A DNA stretch of 64,000 nt from Antedon mediterranea. Taxonomy: Eukaryota; Animalia; Echinodermata. The notes beneath the pieces are model-generated. The model searched no databases. It worked only from the letters and a program-made list of their open reading frames with translations, and was not told where the DNA came from. The position numbers and the translations under genes are program-made. Below, piece after piece: positions 25,810 through 38,760 of this stretch (position 1 is the first letter of the stretch; every line of letters begins with the position of its first letter). The stretch covers positions 11,267,432 through 11,331,431 of the forward strand of contig NC_092679.1 of assembly GCF_964355755.1 (NCBI RefSeq), written 5' to 3'.

Positions 25810-26349
25810 CACTCCGCAGTCAGTTGAGAAGGATCTCTGATAGAGATCGAAACGTTCGAGTAAGTACTCCGTTAACTTGTGCTTTTACAAAAACGAAATT
25901 TGTCATCTATAATATGTTTTCAATGATGAAATGTAAAGATGTGCTTACTAACGCAAAGAAAGCAACCAAAAAACAACTTACAGAGCTAAATGCTCAAAGG
26001 CACTAAATGTGTTATGTTAATAATGTACATAAGATGAAAGATGAAAATAAAATATTGTATTGTAGCATTTTGAAAAACAGACAATTTATTTTTGTATATC
26101 TTTGTTGTGTAACGCGCGTCGCATAACGCGTCGTAATAATATATTTTTTACATAAAAAATCTTCCTATTTTTTGTCAATCCAAGTTGGGAGGTCTGCTTT
26201 AACCACCATTGTTATGTTTGTACATTGTTCTATCTGTGACTTTCATTCCTTTGGACACTTATTAGTGTTTTTATTAAATACAATCTTTATTCTATTTATT
26301 TCAGCTGTTCTATCCATCTATAAACAGCCCGGACCAGTTTTTTTCTTGA

Positions 26350-27290
26350 GGAAGTGTGGCGTCTTTGGGATCCACTGTGAGGGATTCTCTAATCAGGTCA
26401 ATATTTTGTAGGACAAAATAAGAATAAGTATATTGTGGTATTTACTCTTATACATTATATTATACTGCACTACATGGCCTGCATAAGGAAATCAAGGTAC
26501 ACTTTTTGGTGGCTGGACACACAAAGTTTGCCCCTGACTGGTGCTTTGGCCTGTTTAAACAACGATAAAATGTATGCCACAGTTCAAATTAAATGATATT
26601 GCAGACACTTGCCGTTCCAGCACCAATACTGTAGTGAATATTCCACAGTTTGTTGGAACAGAAGATGGAGAATCCATTGTACCAACGTATAATTGAAAAT
26701 CATTTTTGCAGGTTACTTTAAACCAGTAGTTAGGATTAAATCCTTCCACCATCTCAGTTTTTCTTCTAATACCCCTAGTGTCATCACATGCCAAGACTTT
26801 GCTGATTCAGAGGAGAAGATTGTAAAACTATTGAAGGTAGTTCCACCACTGGAACTGCCTCAACAATTCAAACCACCCGGCCTTGCAAATAAACGACAGT
26901 GGTACTTATATAAGAACATTATAGGCAGTTGTGCGCACAGGACCATAGAGCTGACTTAACATGTCCTATGCCAGGTGGAGAAGAACCTACTGCTATCTAA
27001 GCTATATGATCAGGGATCATAGATTGGACTCCAACCTATGGTCTCCAGATCACTACCCTGGCATTCATACCCAAGAATTATCAATGTAATTTAGTATAAT
27101 GTACAAACTTAGTCAGAGTAGTAGGGCAAGCTGACCAATTACTCTGCTTCTTGACACACTGAGCTGCTACACAGTAGTTACATACAATTATCATTAATTA
27201 TACCATATTCTATATTAACTTATTTGTAGTATCGAGTTACAAAAATAAGAAGAAGAAAGCTCGAACTTAGTCACCTGCGATAATCCAATA
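26350..27290 (+). mobile_element. Sola-like DDD transposase relic with probable 3' end
   Basis: GQNKNK, LHKEIKVHFLVAGHTKFAPDWCFGLFK, NIPQFVGTEDGESIVPTYN, PPGLANKRQWYLY, TCPMP. Frameshifted. Confidence 0.65.
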
Positions 27291-28099
27291 AAGAGGCTGT
27301 GCGATACCGTATTTTCAAAGGCGGAAGCGAACTACCGCGATAGCAGCGTTGTCTTTCATACCCACGTAATCCGCCGCTTAAAACTCGGCCCTCTATCGAT
27401 AATTATACACGGAATTGTTGTGGAGAAATTATACCCGCACACACGCATAATGTTTTTCATGAGCAGTAGTGTATTAAATGTGTATTTTCTGTGCCCGCGG
27501 GAAGCCCGCGAAAAATTCCTTCGTTTTGGTACCAAATATACATTTCTACGATTCTTCTAGTGATTTAAAATTAGTTTATCATATTTTTTGATTCACCTTG
27601 TGTTCCTGATTCTTGCTGTATTGATTTTTATCATAATAATTGTATAGCCAACCTCAGCAACTTGGAATTTTGTGAGGAAAATGTAAGATTATTTAGGAAT
27701 GTAAGAGTAAAATGTTAGTAATGTTCTGCACAAGTACATAACACGGATCGATATCATTTAGAGTTTCTATTGTGCTGAGGTTGGGGTTTGGCTCGTGAAT
27801 GTTGATCCCTGATTAATGGTATTTTGTGGTTAGAAGTTTCTGAGTGTAGAAAGATAAGGAGAGACTTTATTGCTTTGATCTACTTTTATTGGTTTTGTCG
27901 AAAAGTGTAAGTTTGAGTATACACTTTGATAATAAGCTGAACTTTAATTTAAATTATCCCTTTGTTACTGAGTTAAACGTTCTAAGATTTACGTAGTATT
28001 GTATTTGTATTTTATTGATAGGTTCGAATAACCTACTTGAGATAACCAGTTGGGACACAATAAATCCACTATTAAGTCAATCTGAGTTCACAAGTTTTT

Positions 28100-28430
28100 T
28101 ATCAGTTTTGAATATTGAAACAGATGGTGGGACAAAGCAAAAAAAAAACAAGAAATCGACATTGAATATTGATCTTGCAGAATTTACAGAAGATGTTTCT
28201 GTTAGCAAGAAAATCAACTGGGATAAAATTATTAAATATGCAGACGGTCTTGAATTTGGCCGTTGTGTTGATGGTGAGTTTCATGTTTTTGTGAATGTAA
28301 CTTACACACACGCCAATAAATGCATTTCGATCAGAGAAACTAGTTGGAAACTTTACGGTTAAGGGAAGGAAGTGACGAAAACAGAAGACCTATGTAATCT
28401 GTCGGTGAACTTTGAAGACATTTTTAAAAT
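28100..28430 (+). pseudogene. Second relic of the 9156 protein family
   Basis: RWWDKAKKNKKSTLNIDLAEF...KYADGLEFGRCVDGEFHVFVNV...ISIRETSWKLYG*GK aligns with RWWDKAKRNKKVLLCIQLAEF...KYAANLGFGSCIDENFHVFAIV...ISVDGGCWEVYAYGK. Confidence 0.7.
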
Positions 28431-28811
28431 ACAAAATACAAGATACAAGATAACTTTATTGATATAATCGCACTGTCTGCTGTCTTGTTATTATGCATGT
28501 TTAGTACTGTGTATTACATTTTTTATTTGTCAATAGGCACTAGACTGTATTAAAAGGCCAAGTCTGCGCTGGTTCATTGTATATATAGTAACTGTTATAT
28601 TAATAACTGTTTTTACTTAATAAAATAAATGTAAAAAAATAAACATAAATAAAAAAATATGTTTGAAGACTAAGCTTTGTAGTAAAATTTTTTTTTTTTT
28701 CCATTATGCAAACATTGCCTAAAACACCTTTTTGATGTATTTTCTTCGAAAACCCCCAGAATTTTTTATTAGGAGAGCAATTGCTCTCCTCGGAAATTTA
28801 GTGCTCTCCTG

Positions 28812-30255
28812 CTTTTTACTTAAACGAAGGACTGCTCACGAAATTACTTGTTATAGCAACATCGGGACACTTTTGTTTTAAAAGACAAATTGATTGTATA
28901 AGTATGGGGTCGCCGCTTGCACCCATCCTTGCTAACTTGTTTACGGGACATAACGAAAAAACGTGGTTAACCAATGAAAACTGTCCGAAAGTGGATTTAT
29001 ATTTAAGATATGTAGACGACACATTTTTCATTAACAACCAACAAGAAACCGAAAGATTCCAACAATTTTTTAACTCTAGACATCCAAATATAAATTTCAC
29101 GGTTGAAAAGGAACAAAATAATTAGATTAGTTTTTTGGACGTATTAATTACAAGATTGGAAAATGGAAACACCAAAACATTGACATTTAGGAAGAAAACA
29201 TACACTGGACTTATTCTAAGTTACTTCAGTTTTTGTCCGGGAATTTATAAAACTAGACTGATAAGCACTTTGTTAGATAGAATGTACAAAATTAATAACA
29301 CATGGCTTGAATGTTTTCAAAAATATATTGTTAACGAATAACTATCCCAAAAGTGTAATTGACAGAGTAATCGTAAAGTACCTGGATAAGAAACACAACA
29401 AAGTTCCGGTTCCAAATAATGATGTCGAAAATTTTATTACAAATTACCGTTCATCGGTAATGTGTCTCGTAATACAAAAGAAAAAATAAATATATTATGC
29501 AACAAATATTGTATTAATTTAAATATCAATGTGGTGTTTAGTACCACTAAAATTAAAATAAGCAGCTTTTTTAACTACAAAGACCCGATTAGTAATGATC
29601 TGAAATCCAACGTTGTATATCAGTTAACATGTGGAGGATGTAATACCTCCTACATTGGGGAAACTTCCCGACATTTTACAACGCGGATAAAAGAGCATTT
29701 ACATAGAGATAAAAATTTGCACATACAGTATATAAACACTTAATTAAAGATACGAATTGTAAGACACACAGTAACAAAACTTGTTTTAAAATAATTGATA
29801 AAGCAAACACGAACTATCAATTACAAATTAAAGAAGCCCTCAAAATCAAATGGAAGAGTCCAGAACTCAACAAACAAGTTCAAAGCTATGCAATTAACTT
29901 AAGTATTTAATGCAAAGTAGTAGTAGTAGTTTAGTACGTATTATAATACTACTTATTTATTTACACCTGTTATGCACAAACAAACCTATTTAAACCTCAA
30001 ATGAAAATGCGTATAGCTCACTTCACTGATGATGTCGTATAAGAATATGACGAAACATGTCTGACATTAACAGTTTTTATGTTGCTTTCAAATTTCGTGT
30101 TAATTTTACTTTCTGTTCGGAAGTTTGGCCACATCATTAATGACTTTGCCTCGACTAGTACAGTAACCAAGCAGCCCCTTAGACAGATTGAGAAAGTTAA
30201 CAAGAAGGTCGCAATAGCAGACGCGGATATCAATTTCTTAAAGAATTGTAAAACG
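28812..30255 (+). mobile_element. 5'-truncated Penelope-like element relic (RT end, GIY-YIG, pLTR, start of the next ORF)
   Basis: MGSPLAPILANLF, YLRYVDDTF, HPNINFTVE, FRKKTYTG, VYQLTCGGCNTSYIGETSRHFTTRIKEH. After the pLTR comes an ORF-start-like MLLSNFVLILL...QIEK...DINFLKNC. Confidence 0.9.
30023..30064 (+). ncRNA. Minimal type-I hammerhead ribozyme with canonical core
   Basis: tca-CTGATGA-t-gtcgtat/aaga/atatgac-GAAAC-at-GTC-tga: all core nucleotides present, GUC cleavage triplet, palindromic stem III. Confidence 0.8.
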
Positions 30256-32467
30256 AAGGAGTTGGAAAATACATGGCGTGGTAAATTTGGGCAACTTGGT
30301 GTAGAGAGACTTAACATTTTTCAAGACAAAGATAGTAATTATTCGTGGAAACACTCTGATTCTGCAATTCAACGTCTCGTTAGAACAGTGTCTGATGCTG
30401 TAAAAATCAGGCTGCATTGCTGGATTTCGGAATTACAAAATAATTAACAACATCCCAAATACCAAAGTCGTTCCGTTTAGAGCCAACCGGTTCAATGTCC
30501 TCTTCAGCAATGCAGCAGCTGTCTTCTACCACCGACATCACTTAAGAGACCTGTTCCTGAATGGTTGGGTGAAGGCAGAAAATAAGCTCCTTCAAACTGT
30601 TTTGGCTGACACTCAATGTGAACAGCTCCTAGCTGGCGTACAAGCCCTAGGCATTCTTCATAAACAACTGACTGAGCCATTTTGGAAGCTAACAGAAGAT
30701 AAACATGTACATATTCTCCAACTTGGACAGACAGGATATCTACAATAAGCTAGGGGACTGGAGTAAGGATGCTACGCCACTGCTAGACAAACATTTGTCT
30801 TGTGTCTTTACTGTCAGTGATTCAGATGTCAGAGTGGAAACCGTGAAGGATGCTGTGTTTGATGAGTTGTACATCAACCAAAATGACGAATTTAATGAGT
30901 TGACCAAACAAGTTCTTCAAACACAGTGTACCCATTTACAGGTTCTATTTAAGAGAAGACATGCCGAGCAACTTGAGGGAGGACAGTATAGTGGAGAGAT
31001 GCCTGGCCAATTATGGCAAGAAACAAAGGACATAAAAAAGGCCAATAAAATTGGTGAGAATGACTTGGGCTACTGGGCTCACATAATGGAAAGGGCACGC
31101 ACCATCTTTGGGGGTAATGGCTGCAGAAGGAAAGATGGCCTTTTGTAGGAATTTCACAAGCCAGTATTTACGAGATCTACAGTAGAATGACCCCATGAAA
31201 TTCAATACTGTTATGAAGAGAATTGGAAAAGTTACAAACAAATGGGCAAAGCATTATACCAATAGGACAAAACAAAACCTCAAGCAGAAAACAGATGCCA
31301 TGCTGTCAGCTAAGGCACTTCATGACAAACAAAGACAAAGACGAGAAAAACTGACAAGACAAAGATATCTATATATCAGAAAAATGGGAGAGTGCAGGTC
31401 ATCAGAAGACATTAATAAACTAATGGACAGTCAAAACTCAAAGACATCTAAACTGGAAGCTCTCAGGAAACATATAACCTATTTAAATTAAAGTGTAAAT
31501 ACAGCCTGACAAAGCAGTGTCCAATTTCCCTGAAAACAGGACTTGCATTCAGTACACCACAAGAGAGGGATTCTGTAGAAAAGCTGAAGTCAACCTTGAA
31601 TGCTCTAATTAAGTTCATAGTTTCCAAAGCTACAGTCCCAATCACACAATGATGACCAAGACGATAACAGCAGTGATGAGAGGACAGATGAAAGCGATGA
31701 AACAGATGATGATGATTCAACAAATATTTTGCATCAAAGTTGTAATATAAAATTAACTTTTTATATGCGGTCGTCGGTCATTAATTATGTAAATTTAATA
31801 TTTTATTATTTTATACTCATTTAAATTCCAGATCATCTAGCTTTGCTTACCATACAACACATTAAAACATTTCCAATGTTGCCAAATTTGGTACAGATCG
31901 GACAATTAATGAATAAGATATTGAATTTACGAATATTAATTAGGCAAATTTCCTATTTTTTTGGTGGAAAATTACTCTAATTAATTAAAAAATATAATTA
32001 GAGATATATTTTCAACTCTGAACAATGTGGCTTTGTGTCAAATGTATGTGTTCTAAATTTGGTTAAATTTAGATCAGGAAAAGTGGAGTTATTGAACAAA
32101 AACCATTTTTGTCATTTTTTCAGTGTTGCGGATGGCAGATTTTGCTACAATCAATTATTTTGAAATTTATTTCTTGTACAGCTCTCAAAATAGTAAGAAA
32201 ATGGGTTTTGAGAATGATTACTCACAAATTTTTATTATAACTTAAATATGCATTTTTAGTGCATATAGCCATATAATTTAGCCTTTTCTGTACCATTTTC
32301 GTATACGAAATCGCCTTATTTTGGTCATCTTTAATTAGTCATAACTCTGCAATGGGTTGACCAATCCTGACCATTCAACCACCAAAATGTTTCCTTTTTC
32401 ATGGTCTTGCAGTAGAACTTATAATTAAAATGATATAAAACATTTTGAAAAAAGTACACTAGCCCTA
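30256..32467 (+). mobile_element. 3' half of a divergent hAT-like DNA transposon (transposase relic 30256-~31650 plus right end)
   Basis: SAIQRLVRTVSD, PFRANRFNVLFSNAAAVFYH, ENKLLQTVLAD, GVQALGILHKQLTEPFW, EQLEGGQY, ANKIGENDLG (a putative catalytic E). The terminus ...GTACACTAGCCCTA ends at 32467. Confidence 0.65.
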
Positions 32468-35400
32468 CTATTAGTATAATAGTAGGGCTAAATAGTGCAA
32501 ATATATTTGTCCCTGCTGCATGTTTTATTATGACATGTTCTAAATCATTTTTTGGTTACAGGTGTTTTTATCAACATTTTGAATTTTTTTTAATTTAATT
32601 GTGAAATACTGCTGTTTTTTGACATAGGATATGTCGCATAAGATTTTTCAATCCATGGGATGTAATACTAATACCAATCATTCTTGTATTATTTTAAATT
32701 TTGAATACAGATATGATTTTAATGGTGAAAAACACTGGCAAAGTAAGTTCCCCAGTATGCCATGCATTTCCAAAAAGGAATGAGTACAGTTCAGAATGTC
32801 CAACATTTCTGGAGTAATGCTACCAAGTAAAGTTCAGGCAAAAATAAAATGAGCACAGTCTAAGGCAATTGGTCATCACAAGACTGACACTAACAGTGTA
32901 TAAACCAAGCAGATTGGACAAACAAAGTTCACATAGGGCAGGGTGTGATGATTAGTCTAGCAATGACATTATAATCTATGAGTTGAATGTGCTAATCCCA
33001 GATAAACATGTACAGCCATATCACTGAAGATGAAAAAACACAATATCATGATGAACTGTGTTTATTTTGTGAATTCACATCTTCCTAGTAAACTTCTTTT
33101 TGTACTTAAGGAAAATTGCCAAGGATAACCATAAGCGAATTCATTCTCACTATCCATCTCAAAGGTAGAAATCCAGTTCACAAAATAAACATAAGTCACA
33201 GGATGCTCTACATACAAAAAGTCTATGGGAGTGGAGTTGTTTTGTCACATGAGAAAAATCCTAACATCTGATAGGATTTGAACTCAGGACCTTGGGATAT
33301 TATCCACCAAGCTCCGATTATGAGAGTTCATCACAGTTCTGGCAATCCCTTGGTGTTCTGCAAACCTTGTTTTTCCTATGCAACAAATTTATTTTTCATC
33401 TTTTCTATTTAAATTTTAATGTCATTTTTATTAGATCTGTTCTTTTTTCCATGTGCCACTATCTTTTCTTGTTCCTCTGTAATAAAGTTGATAGGAAATT
33501 ATTGGTAGGAAACTACTGCTTCGTTGACAGATGATTATTTTAATTTATTCTTATATAGCTCATTACACTTAAAATCTCAATGTACTGTACAGTACCAAAA
33601 AGTGCATTATGAAAGTGTCGTATCACAGCCACATAGTTGTTCTATAGCTAGTTGTTCAGATTTGTCCATAAATATGTTGAAAATGACTTGGGGTAGAGAA
33701 GATTCTGTGTTTGTAAAAATAGTCATAGCATTTGTTTGGTACAACTACAAGTAATGTCTTCTAATGACGTTCATGTGTAACAAGGATTAGCAATTATTCA
33801 ACTAAATAGTTAAATAATACAATTTTTTTAGCTGTTAATCATGCTCTGCCCTATGCTTTGTTTTAAATCTATGACAATCACTTTATTTTTGCCTCAACTT
33901 AACTTGCCTAGCATAGTACTAGGCGACGGTTTTAGCATACTTACCTTTTTGGAAACACAGTATCCTATAAACAGTCCAAAATTTTACATTGGCAATCAAC
34001 TATTTATTTAACTTTAAAAATGTAACAATATGGTATTATTTGAAATTTGATGAGCAAACAAAATTTGTAAAGGAAGAATAGTCCTTAAATAATGTGAACT
34101 TCTTTGTAATTCATGTCAATGATTGAGAAACATTTTGGAGAAGTAGGTTTGAGAGACATTGCAATTGAGTTGGGAGTTGTTGCTCACGTTTGTTCTGAGC
34201 GGCCATCTTTACATCCAAAGTATGTATATAAAGTAAATTGTTATGTTGCAAAGATAGCAGTTGGCTGCTTCTAAACACCATAAATGATGAAGATGTCAAG
34301 TCCTCTAATGTCATTAACTGCCAATTGGAGTCTATAAGGTTTGACAACCTACAGTAAAGTATAATATCATAATGACATAACTTCTGCTTATTTTGTACAA
34401 GTCAACTGGTATTTATTTAGTGCTTGTATAACAAAGTACAGCAGTTAGCACATTGGTGCTTTATTGCTGCATACTATACCATACCTATTCAGATGACACC
34501 CAGTTATATGTTAGTTAGAATAATAAAGTACCAGGCATGCCCAATACCAATGTCACCATATGAGATGAATCCTTTCCGTTGAAGAAAAATACAAGACCTT
34601 TTCCAGGTAATCAACTGTCACCAAATTAATATTTCATTTCAGTGTCAATAAGAAGAGGGCATCACATCCAAGACAATCAACATGCATTATAAACATCTTT
34701 TCAACAAAGCTTTCCTACTCCCATCAAACAATTCAAACCATATGGTCTTTTTGTTCAAGATGGTGTCTGCTGCCATACAAATTTGAAAATAAAACAAATT
34801 GGATTCAAGAAATGAAGATATCCAATTACAGTGACAACATTAAAATAATAGTCATTTAAAAAAAAAAAAAAAATTATCGGAGAGAGTTTGTATTACTACC
34901 ATCAAAATGAAAGAACACTATTAGTACTATACAGTAGACAACTCATTTATGGTACCTTCATTATAAATTACTGCAGCATTAATTTACATATTGACCAGGC
35001 ATGGTAGAAGTCACAACAAAGCGACACAAATCTCAGTGTCAATGGCAGCTTGTGCAGCTCAAGGAAAAAAAAGTGCATGGGAGGGGGTCGCAACTGATGT
35101 TGCAACAGCTTAAAGATATAGGAATTGGTAGTGGGTACTGTATGTTAAACAATCGTCAGGTAAGTGACCCTTTGGGTCAGGAAATCCACTAATTAAATTA
35201 TGATAGCATAAAGGAATACATGGAAATCTAATCATTAGCAAGAGTGTGAAGTAAAAAATGTATTTCTTATCAATTTTATGGACATAATAACTGAACTGTA
35301 CAAAGTTATCTTCTTGAACATCAAATCAAACCACTGATCATTAGAAGATATGTGAGGTATGTTGCTAGTTATGAGCCATTTGCAATATTTAAACAGTCCA

Positions 35401-36037
35401 CAGCAGTTGTTGTGGTGCTGAATTGATTCAAAATGAACAATCATATTGAGTACATGAACAACATTAAACAGAAAAATGGATAAACAAGCAGAATAGGGTG
35501 GATTAAGTTAATGCAAATGCATTAATGTTTTTTAACAAAGATGACATTAAAAATAAAAGATTTTAGACGGAAACTATGCATGGTTTCTTGACAGTTGAAT
35601 TATGAAAAATGAAAGTTTTGAATACGGTACAATTTGATAAGGCCAAGTAACAAAAATTATATGTTTCCACATTTACAGAAAATTGAATTAATTGTTAATA
35701 CACTACCTTAAAAACCCAGCCATGAGGAAAAGCTAAGAGCACAGAAAATCATGTACCATGCATTGTCCATTCGCCAACACCAATGGTGGTGGTAGATGAT
35801 CCAGATATATTATCAGCAGAACGCCTACTCAGTTTGGAGCCGAGGGTTCAACACTATGATTGTACACACAAAAAAAGTACTCAACATAGTTAAATAAGTT
35901 TAAAAATCTTATTATGTAACATTCAAAGTTGTTTACATGATTCAACATTACTTTGCGTTTAGCATTGCTATTATAAGAAAAGCATGGACAGGTAAGAATT
36001 GTTGCTTGTATACATGTACACAATTTAGGTATATACA

Positions 36038-36270
36038 AAAAGAGTACTCAGTAATTGAAAGTGAATGTTTGGTCATTGTATGGGATGTGACTTGTGAGCA
36101 AGTTTGAACCTTATTTGTATGTATAATTCATCATTGAAACCAACCCTTAAGATGACCCCTTAAGTTCTAAAATGGTAGCAAACTGCCAATTAATGCTGTG
36201 GCCCTTAGCCCTTAAACCATATAGATTTGTAATCAAATTAAGCCATCAAGGAGATGAAAAATCATGCAGC
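36038..36270 (+). mobile_element. Ty3/Gypsy RNase H relic
   Basis: EYSVIESECLVIVW...KFEPYLY...ET..PL, then a W.L.L.PY.F-like motif. Frameshifted. Confidence 0.7.
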
Positions 36271-36649
36271 ATGAAAGAAATAAGATTTTGTGTAGAATTT
36301 GATGACTGTAAAGTTAGAAAATGAGGAGATCTACTCATGAATGGTAAAGGAGAGGAAACTTCTAAAAGTGAAACGACCTGTAACTGGAATTTCAAAAGAA
36401 CTAAACAAACTTCTTGTGCATATGAAAAAAGCCTGCAGTTGAGATGCTATTCAATTGGAGCGATGCAAAAGGGAAGAGAGTTTGGAAACTCCAATGTAGG
36501 TTTTAATTATATGTGTAAAAAGTACATAACAAATTCTAGGTTATTTACTATAGTTAATTTTTAGCCAAGTTTCAATAAAAACACTCCAACATTAGTGTTA
36601 AATTATTTTTTGACAATTACTTGTTATACTTTGTTTGTTTCAGCTAGAA

Positions 36650-37200
36650 TAACAAACAAACCAGGTCAAATTTAGAACTGCTAAATCCATTATATTGGCC
36701 AACTAAGAGAATGGCAACAAAGGAGAAGAAGAACAGTTTCAATATGTGGTAATGCTGCTGGATCATACACTAGATCCTTTTGTTATAACACACGTGACAA
36801 ACATACCACCTGCATAACTGTTTGGTTGTTCAGCATCATTGTATATAATACTATGGATTTCTTTATAAAGAACATTGCCCAGTTCAATCAGTTTTGTTAT
36901 TTTTAATACTTACATCCAGGCATATAACACTAGAGACAATACAACTAGCCAAAAAATGCATTGGTGTTGATATATTATGCCTTCCACAATATAACACATT
37001 GGCTATAGCCTCTTGAAGTGAGATTTTGGGCCATTGAAGAATGCATGATGATGAATGCACAACATTTTTGGAACAAATTCAAGAAATATTGACACTTAGT
37101 GACTTTTGTGAACTATTTGACAAAAGAAGAATTATCAATCAGCGAAATTACAGTTTCTGATACTGCTACAAATTACAAATGCCATAACATTATGATATGT
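36650..37200 (+). mobile_element. pogo/Fot1-like DDE transposase relic
   Basis: TVSICGNAAG at ~36733, then GVDILCLP..THWL*PLEV..FGPLK at ~36962-37040. The latter is a degenerate LP.H.TH.LQPLDV..F.PLK motif. Confidence 0.65.
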
Positions 37201-38049
37201 ATAAGCTATGGCTAGATAATATTCTGACAGTATGAACTGTTTTTGTGACACCTAATTCAAATACCAAAAAACACAAAACAAGACAAGAAAGTAAAGCAAG
37301 AAAGAAAAGATATAAAATTGTGGCCGGGAACAAAATAAAAAAGTATTTCAGACGTACATCAACAATTTTGTTGCTACAGTATGTTGGAATTAGGGTTGAT
37401 GAAAGCCTTTGACCATCCCTCCATTAAGCACAATTACATCCATGCATTAGGACTGTACAAGATAAGGGGGAAAGGTAGGATATGAATCTGTTTGTAGTAT
37501 CAGTCTAGGCCATTACTGTACTTGTACTCAAATTTAGACTAATTAAGAATTACAGTAAATAATGTATTTATTATGTCCGTTATGTTCTTTTTTTAAGCTT
37601 TAACCTATTCGAAAAAAAGTAAACTGAACGTTGGCGAAATGTAGTAGTATAAATGAAAATGTTATACTTATTATACTTAGTATAGATTAGCGTTTTGTCA
37701 TTAATCATGATTAAGATGCCATACTCACTATAGCAATTCCAAAATGTATCCTATTGTCTATAATGTAATTACTTTCCCTACCTTCACAAATCAATATCTC
37801 CTCCTCTTCCTCCTCAGCTTTCCCTATCATTAATATTATTCATTGTCTCCTGCAATCCTACCTTTCTTTCGCTATTGTAATTGAAGCTTCCCCATCTTCT
37901 ATATAAATCGTTTTGGTCTCTACAGCTACATATTTGTAATTGTTTCTTATATATCCCACAATACAGCTTTAAATCCTTCTTTCTTTTCTTTTTCTCTGGA
38001 AATTGTACGTCATGTAAGAATTTATAAATGATTTAATATATCAAATCAG

Positions 38050-38760
38050 AAATCTGAATTAATACAGTTCTCCAACTTCTTTAAATTATTGATTTCTTGC
38101 AATTGCAGTTTTTATTACATATTGGTATCTTGCATATCATAATAAATGTTATCAGTCTTTCCTAAACCTTTCTTCTTGTTGGTCTTTACAGCATTTTTAA
38201 ATCTTGTATTATTTATATTGGTATATTGTAATTCTGAACTAACTGTGTCTTCTCACAATTATATCAGTTTGTGGCAATCAATACAGTTCCCCAACTTCTC
38301 TTTAAAATATTGATTTCTTGCAGTTAGAGTTTTTATTTATATCATTTGGTATATACGTTTAATTCAGAATAAATGTTATCAGTCTGTGTCAATTAATTCA
38401 GCTGTACCTAACTTCTTATGGTCTTTGTATTATTCGTATTGGTATTCTGCAGTTCAGAACTATCTTTTCAGAGTCTCTTCAGTTTCTGGCGATCAATAGC
38501 AGTTCTCTCAACTTCTCTTTAAAATATTGATTTCTTGCAGTTACAGGATTTGTTTATTGGTATCCTATTTAATCCTATCAGTCTCAGGCATTAATACAGC
38601 TTCCATAACTTCTATAATTTTTCTTTGCAGTTACAGCCGTTTTTATATCCGATTGATATTGGTATACTGTAATTACAACTTTTAGCTATCTTTCTGATCA
38701 TCTCTGGCAATTGATACAGCTTTCCTTAACTATTAATTTGTCCCACAATCATAGCTTTAT
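38050..38760 (-). repeat. Degenerate ~100-220-bp repeats, probably a decayed Cys-repeat coding region
   Basis: The block AATACAGTT(C)CCAACTTCT...ATTGATTTCTTGCA recurs at ~38061, 38280, 38496, 38592 and 38712. Confidence 0.5.

Larger units (their letters stand above)
22851..25909 (+). mobile_element. Young, apparently complete Penelope-like element with inverted 5' pLTR and 13-bp TSD
   Basis: TAATATGTTTTCA is duplicated at 22838-22850 and 25910-25922. A direct pLTR is present at 23082-23220 and 25773-25911. An inverted pLTR copy occupies 22851-23083. Confidence 0.95.
22150..26196 (+). mobile_element. Internally deleted hAT transposon relic, host of the Penelope insertion
   Basis: BED-like FCTICG at ~22280. 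The hAT dimerisation region FW...FPQLAKLMKLLLILPHSNCDVERCFS...R ends at 22850 and resumes after the insert as VLTNAKKATK. A hAT-type terminus ...GTTGGGAGGTCTG ends at 26196. Confidence 0.8.

Noticed and set aside
28771-28811. 20-bp palindrome AGGAGAGCAATTGCTCTCCT as a regulatory operator
   Set aside because: It is adjacent to a TAGTGCTCTCCTG hAT-like end and is explained as a MITE subterminal repeat.
33945-33964. 20-nt micro-exon on the minus strand (TAG|GATAC...AAAG|GTAAGT) as an ERG28 continuation
   Set aside because: The splice signals are good, but the peptide GYCVSKK does not resemble the ERG28 C-terminus and no partner exon was identified.
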